Source: Stramenopiles sp. TOSAG23-6 (Eukaryota). Taken from it: 44,021 nucleotides of DNA. The notes below the pieces were generated by a model that searched no databases, was not told the origin of the DNA, and saw nothing but the letters and a program-made list of their open reading frames with translations. Below are positions 1 through 10,502 of this stretch, in pieces. How positions within the stretch are numbered: the stretch's first letter is position 1; every line of letters begins with the position of its first letter. Made by a program: the position numbers and the translations under genes. Location: the NCBI GenBank assembly GCA_900128565.1, contig LT635930.1, forward strand, positions 1 through 44,021. The letters run 5' to 3'.

Positions 1-25
1 CTACAAAAAATGCTATTTATCATAC

Positions 26-1834
26 ATGGGTACAATGGGATTCGTACCAACGACATTATCACCAATAGCTGGTTCACCATCACATAATGCCGGGGATAAT
101 GGAAATTTCTTTGGAGTAGCTATGCAAATGCAGATGCAACAGGCTGCATTACAACAGGCAGCCATTAAACACGCCGCGATGCAACAGGCAGCGATGCAAC
201 AGGCAGCAATACAGCAACAGATTATGCAAAATAGTATGGTGATGCAACAAATGCCTCACATGCAACAAATGCCTCACATGCAACAAATGCCTCATATGCA
301 CAATTATCACCAGCTCCAACAACAGCAGTTTCAACACCAGTTAATGGAAAATAATCCTGGAGGTCTAGAAATGCCACAAAATATGTATCATAGTAGTCAA
401 TACAACTCTATCCCTAGTGGCAGGAGTTATAGTTCATATCAGCATCCCAACGGAAGTAGTACCAATAGAAGTGCAGGCTATGATAATGGTTTTGATTCAT
501 CGGCGTCTGGGCGGAGTAATAGTAATAGAGGCAGTGTATTTCAACCGTATAACGCACCACCTAGTTTTAGATCAAGTAATGGTAGTTATACCAATTCATA
601 TAATACAAATATTCGGGATACAGAAAGTGTAGGTGGCACAACTAGAGATAGAAGGCATAGTGGTAGAAGAAGTAACAATAGATCGAGAGCATCTCGTGGT
701 TCATTTTCATCAACTGGATCTATGCCTAATAGAAGATCTGGAGGTGTAGGTAGCGATCGTCATCAGTCTGGAAGTGCTCGCTTATTACCCAAGCATATTC
801 AAGTTAGATTCTGTGAATCTTTGCGATCTTTTTACATTAGATATGACCCAGAGGTATTGCAAGAGCCGGGTAGATTACCAAGTATTCTACGTAGTTATAG
901 AGGGCGAGAAATGTATTTAGTTGCTGATATTGAACGACAGTTTGGATCTAGTCCAGAATCAAGAGCAATAGCGGCTGCTTTACAGACAAATAGAGGACCT
1001 CGATCAGTAAGTAGGGGTGTTGGATGGATAGGTAATAGTTCAAGTAATTCCTCAAGTGCTGCTGCAACAGCAGCGAGTGCGTCCGCAAGGCGTCTAAAAT
1101 CGCCAAGAGCCCAAGGATTGTTTGACAACTTAAAAAATGGCCCATCAGGAGCAAAAACAAGTCGACCTAATACTCGTGTATCAAAGCGAGAGGATGATCA
1201 AGGTTCGATGTCAGAAAGATCAAAATCGAAAGATAGATATCCAGTATTACTTAGTCCATTGCCAAAGACCAAAACAAATGCACCTTTAAGTAGAACATTG
1301 AGTGAATCTTCGATTAGTTCATCGGAATTATCTTCTAGCACAAAGCCAATAAGTTTTGCACTTCAAGAAGCTGCAGCGAATATCAATGATGACTTTCCTG
1401 AACTTGTTAACATAAATTCTAGTGAAGTTACAAGTGATGGATCTCCTACTAATCAACGACCAAGATTAAATCCACTTTCAGCAGGCGAAGCATCAACAAT
1501 CTCTAATCCAGATAGAATACACGACGTTGATGTTGGAAAATTTTATAAGAAGAAAAAAAAGAAAAAGAAAAAATCACCAAAAGGGCATAAAAAAAACAAA
1601 CTGAATACCCCCAAAAAGCAAAGACTTGAACGAGAAGCTGCTCTGAGATTACTAAAAAAAAATACAATAAATGTGAGACCAAAAGTTGCAGCTCCAAGAC
1701 GAGCCCCCCCTTCGGGACCCCCACCAAAACCTTCAGGGCCTCCAGTGATAAGGTCGGCAATACATTCATCTAGGTCAAGATCTTCAAGGAGTGACTTAAG
1801 TGGGCGGAGAAATGCAGTAGATAATGAATATTAA
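26..1834 (+). CDS. Q/S/R-rich largely disordered protein, probably the last exon of a gene starting before the window
   Basis: 602-codon ORF. Q/M-rich N-terminus with MQQMPH x3. Small helical motif LRSFYIRYDP...ILRSYRGRE..L..DIERQFG and a poly-K tract. Bases 1-27 resemble an intron-family 3' end (TTTATCATACAT|G). Confidence 0.7.
   Translation: MGTMGFVPTTLSPIAGSPSHNAGDNGNFFGVAMQMQMQQAALQQAAIKHAAMQQAAMQQAAIQQQIMQNSMVMQQMPHMQQMPHMQQMPHMHNYHQLQQQQFQHQLMENNPGGLEMPQNMYHSSQYNSIPSGRSYSSYQHPNGSSTNRSAGYDNGFDSSASGRSNSNRGSVFQPYNAPPSFRSSNGSYTNSYNTNIRDTESVGGTTRDRRHSGRRSNNRSRASRGSFSSTGSMPNRRSGGVGSDRHQSGSARLLPKHIQVRFCESLRSFYIRYDPEVLQEPGRLPSILRSYRGREMYLVADIERQFGSSPESRAIAAALQTNRGPRSVSRGVGWIGNSSSNSSSAAATAASASARRLKSPRAQGLFDNLKNGPSGAKTSRPNTRVSKREDDQGSMSERSKSKDRYPVLLSPLPKTKTNAPLSRTLSESSISSSELSSSTKPISFALQEAAANINDDFPELVNINSSEVTSDGSPTNQRPRLNPLSAGEASTISNPDRIHDVDVGKFYKKKKKKKKKSPKGHKKNKLNTPKKQRLEREAALRLLKKNTINVRPKVAAPRRAPPSGPPPKPSGPPVIRSAIHSSRSRSSRSDLSGRRNAVDNEY
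242..301 (+). repeat. 18-bp coding tandem repeat (ATGCAACAAATGCCTCAY) x3
   Basis: Seen directly; encodes MQQMPH x3. Confidence 0.9.
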
Positions 1835-2224
1835 AAAATATTTAACAAATAAAATTTAATTTTGGTGAAAATTTTATGAATTAATATATTTTTAGGGGTA
1901 TGGGCAATGAATACGAAGATATAGATAAAATTTCATTTCTAGATTTATTTTCATTGTGTATTGGATCAAACAAACACCAAAAGAAGAATCACTAGTAAAT
2001 ATTCGAATTATTTGTGATGTCTACGTATTCCGGTCTACAGCCGTTTTTTTGACCGTTAAAAGTTATCAGATACTAGGTGTAGTATCCTATACACGATACC
2101 CAAGCATATAATACATAGCTGTGCCTAAATATGAACTAGGAAATATTCTTACTATGATTATCCTTCAAAGAGTATATATGTTTTCATGTAGATATACTAA
2201 ATAGAAAAATGCTATAACACCGCA

Positions 2225-4363
2225 ATGCTACGAGATAAAACAGATGTAGCGCACTGGCGCCATCGGCGATTTGCTCTAGGAAGTGAGTGGCGTGATGGAA
2301 GTCTAGTGAGAAAAGTTGATTCTGTGTATATTACCAACAAATTTGGTTTAATGGTATCCCAGAGGAATTCAGTTAAATCACGTGAAAAAACAGGTCGTAA
2401 AAGGCAATATAGTGTACAAAGCCATTTACTCAAAGATTGTTCAAGAAGTCAAACAGAACAAAATCGTTCAACCAAACTACAGACCACACAGGAATCAAAC
2501 ACAAAGAAAGGTGCAGAATCCCTTCAAAAGAAGAACAAGAAAATCGCATGTATTTTCCCTTTGAATAAAAAGTTCAGTACACCGCCATCAATTCCAGAAA
2601 CACTTGGCATTGCACTTCCTGGACAGTGGGGTTCGGTACACGTCAAGCCTTCATCAACCACTTCTATACTAGATAGTCCAGTAGAACTCAAAAAAATAAA
2701 GGAATTGTCACCGAGGCATTGCAAATCTTCTAGAAAAGAAGTGAATAGCTTTGGAGTTGTTGCGAATTGTGATGAAAATGAGGGTGTGGAATTCCAAAAT
2801 AGAATAAAAGAATTAAAAATAAAAAAATATCAAATACTAGATGAACGGGTACATTTCGAACAAAGTCTAAATAAGGTTAATATTACACTTGCTGATTTTC
2901 AAAAGCGGATAGACGATTGTAAAAACAAAATAGAAAAGGAAAAGCTACAGCTGATAAATATGAAACACAATATAAAGGAAACAGAAAAAGGTATTTGCGC
3001 CACCAAGGAAGAAAATATCACTTATAAAGAAGATATAGAGACTTTATCTAAAGATGAACAAGCTATTGTTATTGACCGAGGTGTGGCATCCGCTACCTTG
3101 TACCTTGAAGATTTAAAGCAATCGGTTGTTGACATGGAAGAAAAGATAAAAATACATCAACGTACGATCAAAGATTTACACAACGCACATCATGAAGAAC
3201 ATAAAGCAAAGAAAAAGATGGATAAAAAAATTAGACGTTCAAAATCTGCAGAAAATAAAATAATCAAAAAGTTACAGGAATTAAATGATTTAGCAGAAAC
3301 CCATGCTATTGCAGTGGCGTCTGCTTTAGAGTCACGTCGACTCAAAGAAAGAAAAAAAGAAAAGGAAGCAAAACAAACTGAAGTGGAGGCTAGAAGAATT
3401 GAAGAGCAGAACAAAGAAAGGAAAAGAAGAGAAAATTTAGGATTGAAGTACACACCATCGAAATCATCTTTAGGTCTAAAAGTAATCCTAAATAAGCAAA
3501 ATAGTACAAAACAAAATACAAAGACATTGCATGGGGTACAGTGTATACCTTGTGGGAAGAAATTTATTCTTCAACGTGATTATGAAGCACATTGCAAAAG
3601 TGGTAAGCACCTTCGCATAATGCATCGACACAATAAAAAACAGATGCAACGGATGCAAGATGATTTTGGCATTGATGTTGGAGCATTACTAAATTATCAA
3701 GCCATGGAAAATAAAGTAAACCATCCTGTGGAAAAGAAGCGAACTCTCCCACCACTAACTAGAGAGAGACTTTTAGAACAATGGCTTGGACGAGGTTGCC
3801 ATCGTAATACAATTAATAGAAAAACACGACAACAGGGTCAAAATATTGGAATAGATAATTCACATCTCCAACAAAACTTGAAAGGGTTTCGCACACTATA
3901 TGAGAAGTACGAAAATATAACACAGTGTAAAGCAAGGAAAAAGGAAAAACAGAATCAAATACGCCGAATTAAAAAACACCGACAATCTGGAGGTCGTCGT
4001 ACATTAGACAAGAAAAAACCATACCTTCCAAAACTTTGCTTGTATACAGCCAAATTATATAGCAGCGCAGATGCAAGCCATTTCGATGTGAAGCAAAAAA
4101 GAGACATTTTGCCTCCTTTTCAGAGAAATATTCGCGATCTACCAATAAATCATAAGCGAAAGTTGGAACTTCTTTTACCAACACGAAATCTTCATATTAA
4201 AGAGCGTGCATTACTTTGTCACTTGGCAGAAACAGAAGCTATACCAGATGTACCAAAGTGGAAAGCAAATGACAATGAAGTTCTGCGAGGTATTACAGAT
4301 GCATCAGCTGTAATGCATGATCTCTATAAAACAGCTTGTGTTAGAGCAATTGAAAATAACTAA
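2225..4363 (+). CDS. Coiled-coil protein with a single C2H2 (U1/matrin-like) zinc finger
   Basis: 712-aa ORF with a long K/E heptad-rich region and CIPCGKKFILQRDYEAHCKSGKH. Confidence 0.75.
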   Translation: MLRDKTDVAHWRHRRFALGSEWRDGSLVRKVDSVYITNKFGLMVSQRNSVKSREKTGRKRQYSVQSHLLKDCSRSQTEQNRSTKLQTTQESNTKKGAESLQKKNKKIACIFPLNKKFSTPPSIPETLGIALPGQWGSVHVKPSSTTSILDSPVELKKIKELSPRHCKSSRKEVNSFGVVANCDENEGVEFQNRIKELKIKKYQILDERVHFEQSLNKVNITLADFQKRIDDCKNKIEKEKLQLINMKHNIKETEKGICATKEENITYKEDIETLSKDEQAIVIDRGVASATLYLEDLKQSVVDMEEKIKIHQRTIKDLHNAHHEEHKAKKKMDKKIRRSKSAENKIIKKLQELNDLAETHAIAVASALESRRLKERKKEKEAKQTEVEARRIEEQNKERKRRENLGLKYTPSKSSLGLKVILNKQNSTKQNTKTLHGVQCIPCGKKFILQRDYEAHCKSGKHLRIMHRHNKKQMQRMQDDFGIDVGALLNYQAMENKVNHPVEKKRTLPPLTRERLLEQWLGRGCHRNTINRKTRQQGQNIGIDNSHLQQNLKGFRTLYEKYENITQCKARKKEKQNQIRRIKKHRQSGGRRTLDKKKPYLPKLCLYTAKLYSSADASHFDVKQKRDILPPFQRNIRDLPINHKRKLELLLPTRNLHIKERALLCHLAETEAIPDVPKWKANDNEVLRGITDASAVMHDLYKTACVRAIENN

Positions 4364-4617
4364 TAATATGTTAATATTTTCAACTGAAAAACAACACGTG
4401 GAATATAGAGTTGAAAATGATAAAAAGTATCACTTTTATTTTTTTAAGATTATGGGACTATTTTTTGAGTAAAACATAGCTTCTGTGATATTGTATACAA
4501 TGTCTTCAATTATAGAAGAAATTGGTCAAAATATTTTTCAAGAAAGGCTACAGTTTTTTTGGACTTGCTGTGAAATTTAATGAATCTTTACCAAAGGACG
4601 ACGATAAAAATTGTGAG

Positions 4618-5280
4618 TTAGGAACAACACTTTTGCGATATACCCAATCGGTTTTGTGCAAAGTTAATTTTACTGGTAGATGAAGTGTTCCGTGCATTGC
4701 CAACAGAAGTATCTTTTTGGGCTTGATCGTAGGTCTTCATAATGAGTTTCTTGAAGGCTTTATCAATATTTTCTCCAGTCATGGCAGAAGTTCGCATACT
4801 CATCAGACCCTCTTTGCGACAAAAATCTTCGTGCTCTTCACGAGACACACAACTCGACGAATCATTTGCATTCTGTAATAAATCAATCTTATTACCTACA
4901 AGCATTATGCAATTTTGTACACCACTTTCTTCATCTGCAGAATCGCGAAGCTCTTTCAACCACGTAACTTTTGCATCCTCAAAGGATTTTACACTAGTGA
5001 CATCATACACAACTAAGGCACCAGCGGCACGCCTATAATGCGCACTAGTAATTGCACGGTATCGCTCTTGGCCAGCAGTATCCCAAATTTGTGCTTTAAT
5101 ACTCTGTCCACTCGGTGTCTCAACCACCTTGGTCCCAAATTCCACACCAATTGTAGGCTTGGACGCACTAGGTTCATATGGACCAGTTGAAGGGCGCGTA
5201 TAATATCCCAACATTTGAGTTTTACCTACACCTGCATTACCTATCAGTACAACTTTGTACACATCAGCATTAGAAGCCAT
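4618..5280 (-). CDS. Rab family small GTPase (Rab11-like)
   Basis: GNAGVGKT P-loop, TIGVEF, WDTAGQERYRAITSAHYR, NKID, TSA and C-terminal CCS prenylation motif. Intronless. Confidence 0.93.
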   Translation of the reverse strand: MASNADVYKVVLIGNAGVGKTQMLGYYTRPSTGPYEPSASKPTIGVEFGTKVVETPSGQSIKAQIWDTAGQERYRAITSAHYRRAAGALVVYDVTSVKSFEDAKVTWLKELRDSADEESGVQNCIMLVGNKIDLLQNANDSSSCVSREEHEDFCRKEGLMSMRTSAMTGENIDKAFKKLIMKTYDQAQKDTSVGNARNTSSTSKINFAQNRLGISQKCCS

Positions 5281-5407
5281 TTGCAGATGAAATCTATCCT
5301 ATTGTTGTATAAAACCGGAAAGACAATTTGAAATTCAAAAGGAGTTTGTTTTCGAGAGAGGGAGATGCTCTCGAGATAGATGCTCCTAAAAAAAACGAAG
5401 ATTGCGG

Positions 5408-5422
5408 AAACCCTAACCCTAA
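5408..5422 (+). promoter_or_regulatory. Telo-box-like AAACCCTAACCCTAA in a divergent promoter region
   Basis: Telomere-type repeat between the divergent Rab and Rieske genes. Regulatory role is inferred. Confidence 0.4.
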
Positions 5423-5751
5423 TCGTAACGGATTTTTTATGATATTTCTTCTTTGTGTCAAAGGACGTTTAACTTTTATAAAACAATTCTGTCTATCTGT
5501 TGTCGGTATATCCTTGGCATGCCACAGACTGGTACATTGCGTGGTTGAATCAGTTGTAGAAATAAACAAAAGGCTCATAAATAGAATGATACGCTTATGG
5601 GGGAAACCGTGGCAGTTTCTCGCTAGAATTCCATTATCTACACAAGGTGTTTGATCTCCTTGTAGCATATTTCAAAGACTACTACGGAGGTGAACACTTT
5701 ATATAGTAAGTATTGGAAATACTACAAAGGAACGAGATTTGCTGTAAAAAC

Positions 5752-6622
5752 ATGCTTCTGATGTTGTATACAATACTAGTCGTGGTAGTTTGTATTTTGT
5801 TTTTACTTTTACCTTCTTGGAGTATTTTACAATTTGTTCTTTTCCTAAGTTTTGTTTTGGGTGTTTTGTATGTTACACCAACGACATCCTTGTTTACGCA
5901 GCTGCGTTCCTCTCAAAACCGTGCCATATGTAAAAAGAATAGTGTAGAGCTCAATTTGAATAATAGCAATATTATCTCTTTTAACGGAAAACAATGGGTC
6001 AAAATTGGACACACTGATATTTTTGACAAGAAAACTTCCATATTAATATCGAAACAAAATAATTTTCTGTGGTCTTCCCTTCAACTTCCACCAGTAGCTT
6101 TATTTCGGTTTGGTAGGGATTCTCCTATATATGCAATACAAGATGAATGCCCCCACGTTGCAATTGGTTCGTTGGCAGAAGGAGAAGCTGCCTCTCTCGA
6201 AGATATTGAAGACTTTTCTGATGCGACGTGTAATGCAGCTGTTTCGTGCCCGATACATAGCTTTACTTTTGATCTTTCCACGGGTCAGTGCATTTCTAGA
6301 GATTCGTGTACTTTTTTTTTTTTTATCATTTTCAAATTCATTTTTTTTTAGTAAATAATCTTATCATTATAACATAGCTAACGATTTTCAAATTAGATGT
6401 ATTTTCTTACTTATATGTGATGATGCTACTATTTATGAAACAATAATAAGTGAAGAGTTGTTTCCTTCTACTTGTGTGAAAAATAATGAAACGGGTTATA
6501 TATGGCTATGCACGAAACCTAAAAAAAGACGTGATGATGAAAAGTTTCTTATTTCGAATGTTGAAGGCGACAAAGTTCAGATGCACTTGGTGAAATTAGC
6601 TCTACAGAGAAAATATGGTTAG
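5752..6622 (+). CDS. Membrane-anchored Rieske [2Fe-2S] domain protein; exons 5752-6307 and 6417-6622 (~253 aa)
   Basis: Hydrophobic N-terminus, CPH...CPIH ligands and FDLSTGQC. After a T-rich interruption the frame continues as CDDATIYET...RKYG*. Confidence 0.75.
6308..6416 (+). other. Probable non-canonical GT-AT intron (divergent member, 109 nt)
   Basis: T|GTACTTTT...GCTAAC-34nt-TTATAT|GT restores the frame, with the same branch-to-end spacing as the family. An in-frame GT-AG alternative (6306-6396) also exists. Confidence 0.55.
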
Positions 6623-6774
6623 GAAGTACAAAGGTTGAAGGAGATCAATTTTGTTAGATACGAAATTATATACGAAAAAAGAATCTTCCATTGGTGAACA
6701 AAACGAATTAAATTACATAGGACAAACAATAATCAATTAATATTTANTATAATATAATANAATATAATAGTAAA

Positions 6775-7983
6775 CTAAGCCCAAAGCTGTTTTTCATCTG
6801 GTCGAATATTTCTTGTTTTTTCTATTATGGCATATAAGTTATCACAAGCATCAGTGTCGTTAATATTTGATGTATTTGTATTTGTTCCATCAGTGTCGTT
6901 CATTTTTGTATTTGTTTCTTGACTTTTCTGATTAGGGTGATGGTCGCTATTCTTTGATATGCTATTCTTTTGTCTCATACTGCACAAATCATCCACATTT
7001 TGTTTTTGTATTTCATCAGTACGTTTCCCCCCTCTTCTTAATAAGACATTTTCAGTCGCTTTTTTTTCCGCACGCATTTGAGAATTTCTTAATATTTCAA
7101 AAAATTTAACTTCCTGTTGAGTCAAATCTGGATGCCATATATCAAATATCAAATTGATACGACTCTCTGATGTATCATTCCATGCTTCATGTTCAAATGA
7201 ATCATCAAAAACTATAACTTTACCTTCAATAAAGTTTCTACTTTCTGAACCTACACGAATTCTGCACTTTCCCGCATTTTTAGGAATCACTAACGGAAAG
7301 TGAATCCGTAGTTTCTTGTTTGTAGGTCCATTATGTTTTACAATATGAGTGTGTGGTGCCATAGCCGAGAAGAAAGCATGTCCATATGATCGACCAAAAC
7401 TTTTAAGTAATTCTACAGTTTGTGGGCACCTCGAACGATTTGCCTCAAAATCAACGTTATGAAGGCAGAGATAAAAAACGTTCCACTCGCCAGCATCATG
7501 CGCAGGTGCCCCAACACAAGGATCCTCTTGTATTTTGGAATCTACTTGACTTGACCAAGTGGGGGAACGATATGGTTGAAAACCACTGGTCGTATGAGCA
7601 CAAGTTGCTTTTAAAGCTAATAGTTCGCTTTTGATTATTGAAAAATTGGCTTCCAGTTGAGAAATCCAGGGAAGAGCAGCAAACAATGTATCACCTTCCC
7701 AAAAAGCGTGCGATCTTAACTTTGGTATTCGCTGAGGACACCCCATTTGCCATTGACTAAATCCTTGTGTGTGCGCTTTTGCACCAAGACCGGAAACCTG
7801 CTGCAAAACATATCCAAGAGCGCGAACATTATTTTTATCCCCAGCCATTTTGCGGATACGAAATAATGCTGCCTTTTTAGCAAAAGGAGATAGATGAAAT
7901 TCATCCAGAAAAACTCCTATTTTATTCATTATTTCATTTTCCCTATCGCACGAAGAGGTGGAATTATCGGATGAAGAATTCAT
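6775..7983 (-). CDS. Aspartyl/asparaginyl beta-hydroxylase domain protein (2OG-Fe(II) oxygenase)
   Basis: FSAMAPHTHIVKHNGPTNKKLRIHFPL, FDDSFEHEAWN and RINLIFDIWHPDL. First ATG is at 7983. Confidence 0.9.
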   Translation of the reverse strand: MNSSSDNSTSSCDRENEIMNKIGVFLDEFHLSPFAKKAALFRIRKMAGDKNNVRALGYVLQQVSGLGAKAHTQGFSQWQMGCPQRIPKLRSHAFWEGDTLFAALPWISQLEANFSIIKSELLALKATCAHTTSGFQPYRSPTWSSQVDSKIQEDPCVGAPAHDAGEWNVFYLCLHNVDFEANRSRCPQTVELLKSFGRSYGHAFFSAMAPHTHIVKHNGPTNKKLRIHFPLVIPKNAGKCRIRVGSESRNFIEGKVIVFDDSFEHEAWNDTSESRINLIFDIWHPDLTQQEVKFFEILRNSQMRAEKKATENVLLRRGGKRTDEIQKQNVDDLCSMRQKNSISKNSDHHPNQKSQETNTKMNDTDGTNTNTSNINDTDACDNLYAIIEKTRNIRPDEKQLWA

Positions 7984-8082
7984 CTTCTTTTTCCTCAAGA
8001 TGAAATTTGGATTTTGATCTTAATTCTATCTCGAATCTCGAATTTAGATACATTTAGATATTTGAATTGAAGGCGTACTAGC

Positions 8083-8136
8083 TAGGGTTGGGGGTTAGGG
8101 TTGGGGGTTAGGGTTGGGGGTTAGGGTTGGGGGTTA
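8083..8136 (+). repeat. Telomere-like 13-bp tandem repeat (TTAGGGTTGGGGG) x4, G-quadruplex-capable
   Basis: Seen directly, in the ~240-bp divergent spacer upstream of the DEAD-box gene. Confidence 0.9.
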
Positions 8137-8222
8137 TGTTGTGTACAAAACGACTTCGAGGAACTGGACTGGATCTTCGAGATCTCTTTTGCTGCTAGTC
8201 TGTCTACCACACGACAGCAACT

Positions 8223-10276
8223 ATGGATTCTGAGCATATATTCAATGGCATTGCTCAACAAGGGGCTCGAAAAGAGGGTGGAAGAGGCCGTGGAAGAGGT
8301 CATGGAAGTGGTCGTGGAAGAGGTCGTGGAAGAGGTCGCCGTGGAAGAGGTCGCGGTCGCCGTCACCATGCACAAAATGAAGTAAAACGTCACAATAGTG
8401 GTCACAAAAGAATTCGTGAGAGAAGTTACAGTTCATCCAGTCGTCAGGGTAGTCGTGATGCTCCGCGTACTGTAAAAGATCTGGAACAGCAGCTTTTTTC
8501 GCAAAATGTGCCGCAAGCACGCAAAAAGAATAATAAAAAACGGAGGAAAAAAAAGAAAAATTCGTTGAATATTAATGTAAATTCTGCGAATAGTTCACAA
8601 AACAATGGCGTTCGGCGTTCACCTAGAGTAATTGCAAAAACTTTTCAGAACGATACTGAGATGCCGGATTTCACACCAACTATAAGTTCCGGAAAGAAAA
8701 AAGATTTTATGACTTCTTCTACTTTTGCTTCTTTGGACATTGACACGCGTCTAAAAAGAGGTCTGGCTGAAGTAATGAAATATGTCACAATGACACGTGT
8801 CCAAGAACAAACACTTCCAACTGCTCTAAGTGGAGTTGATTTACTTGCACAAGCTAAAACAGGGACGGGGAAGACTTTGGGATTTCTCATCCCTTCGATA
8901 GACAACGTCTTACGCTGTCGACAGCGTTTGAGTGGTGTTTCCATCATTGCAATTTCACCGACCAGAGAATTAGCTAACCAAATATGTACAGAAGCATCAA
9001 AGTTATTATATTTTCATCCTAATTTTAAGACGTGTTCAATGGTGGGTGGAACAAATAAAAAAACTGATATCAAACGTATCAAAAGTGGCATCGATCTTCT
9101 CGTAGCAACTCCTGGCAGGTTGATAGATCACTTGCAGTCAACTCCAGGATTTCGTGAGCAGTGTGCTAGTGTAAAAGTTTTGATTCTCGATGAAGCCGAT
9201 CAAATGCTAGAGATGGGTTTCAGACCTGATCTTACACGAATTATTAGTTATTTACCAAAGGATAGGCAAAGTTTATTATTTTCTGCAACAATGCCTAAAA
9301 GTTTGATGGATGTGTGTAAAATTGCAGTTAAACATGATTATAAATATATCAATACAATACCAAAAGATCAGCAGCAGACTCACAAAAAAGTTCCACAAGC
9401 TGTTGTCGTTGCACCAGTGGATCAAATTACAAATATGGTTATGAAAGAAATCTCTATAGAGATGCAAAGGCATCCAAATAATTTTAAAGTCATGATATTT
9501 TTTGTGACTGCTCGTTTGACCGGATTTATGGCAACTTTATGTCGAAAAGCTCGTATACCTACTATAGAAATGCATTCAAGAAAAAGTCAATCATACCGCA
9601 CAAAAGCAGCCAAACAATTCCGTGATGGAACAAAACTGGTATTGTTTACGTCTGATGTATCCGCGAGAGGTGTTGATTACCCTGATGTGACGCTTGTCAT
9701 GCAAGTTGGTATGACTGAACGAGAGCCTTACATGTATGTTTTATTTTTTTTCAAATTCGATTTTTTTTTCATACGAAATTTTGTACCTAACGAATTTTTT
9801 TTTGAAATATTTTTCTAAAATACATTCATCGTCTTGGTCGAACTGCTCGTGCAGCAAGTGGAGTAGAAGGTCGAGGAAAGCTAGTATTAGCCCCATTTGA
9901 GTCAAAATTTTGTCTTTCATTACTTACTGAGTTACCTATACAATTTGAGACGTATGTGCCTTGCAAAGATACTCATCCAGAAGTTTTTACTCATGTGACT
10001 CGGATGCTGAATGATATAAAAAAAGATCCGGAAATGAGAAAAGCAGCTGCACAAGCGTATCAAGCATGGATTGGATTCTATAATGGTTACTTGCGAAAAT
10101 TACGTTGGAACAAACCTGAACTCGTTCGCATGGGGACGGAATTTGCAAGGTCTATCAATGCATTGGACGTACAAGGAAACCCTCCAGCTCTTCTTCGACG
10201 AACTGTTGGGAAAATGGGACTGAAAGGAATTCGTGGTCTTACGATTGTGAACTCACCAAATGATTTAGTCTACTAA
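8223..10276 (+). CDS. DEAD-box RNA helicase (Mss116/Has1-related); exons 8223-9733 and 9826-10276 (~653 aa)
   Basis: N-terminal GR repeats; Q motif, AKTGTGKT, PTRELA, TPGRL, DEAD, SAT and ARGVD. Motif VI YIHRLGRTAR appears after intron removal. Confidence 0.93.
9734..9825 (+). other. GT-AT intron, family member (92 nt)
   Basis: TACAT|GTATGT...CATACGAAATTTTGTACCTAAC...AAAATACAT|T. No AG in the insertion. Removal gives REPYIHRLGRTAR. Confidence 0.88.
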
Positions 10277-10502
10277 ATTTCTAAATTATTTAGAAAATGA
10301 AAAATATGTCGAATTTGAAAAAAACAAAAGTCAAAAAAAAGATCAAAAAAATGCTTGTGAGATACCTTACTTACTATATAGTTCAATCAAAATTAATGAA
10401 AGTTTTATATATAATATATTATTCTTATAAATACACATATATCATTTTGTTTTTCAAGTCATTCTCGATATACCCATATCATAATCGATCCAGCAATTTT
10501 GT

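Noticed and set aside
5294-5668. Overlapping ORFs 5328-5654 (+) and 5294-5668 (-)
   Set aside because: No recognisable motifs; they lie in a divergent promoter region.
8083-8136. True chromosome end or misjoin at the telomere-like repeat
   Set aside because: The array is short, uses a variant 13-bp unit and sits between two intact divergent genes.
9732-9823. U12-type AT-AC intron interpretation of the family
   Set aside because: There is no ATATCCTT 5' motif or TCCTTAAC branch. Copies at 12743-12837, 13205-13300 and 39114-39212 cannot be slid to AT..AC ends.
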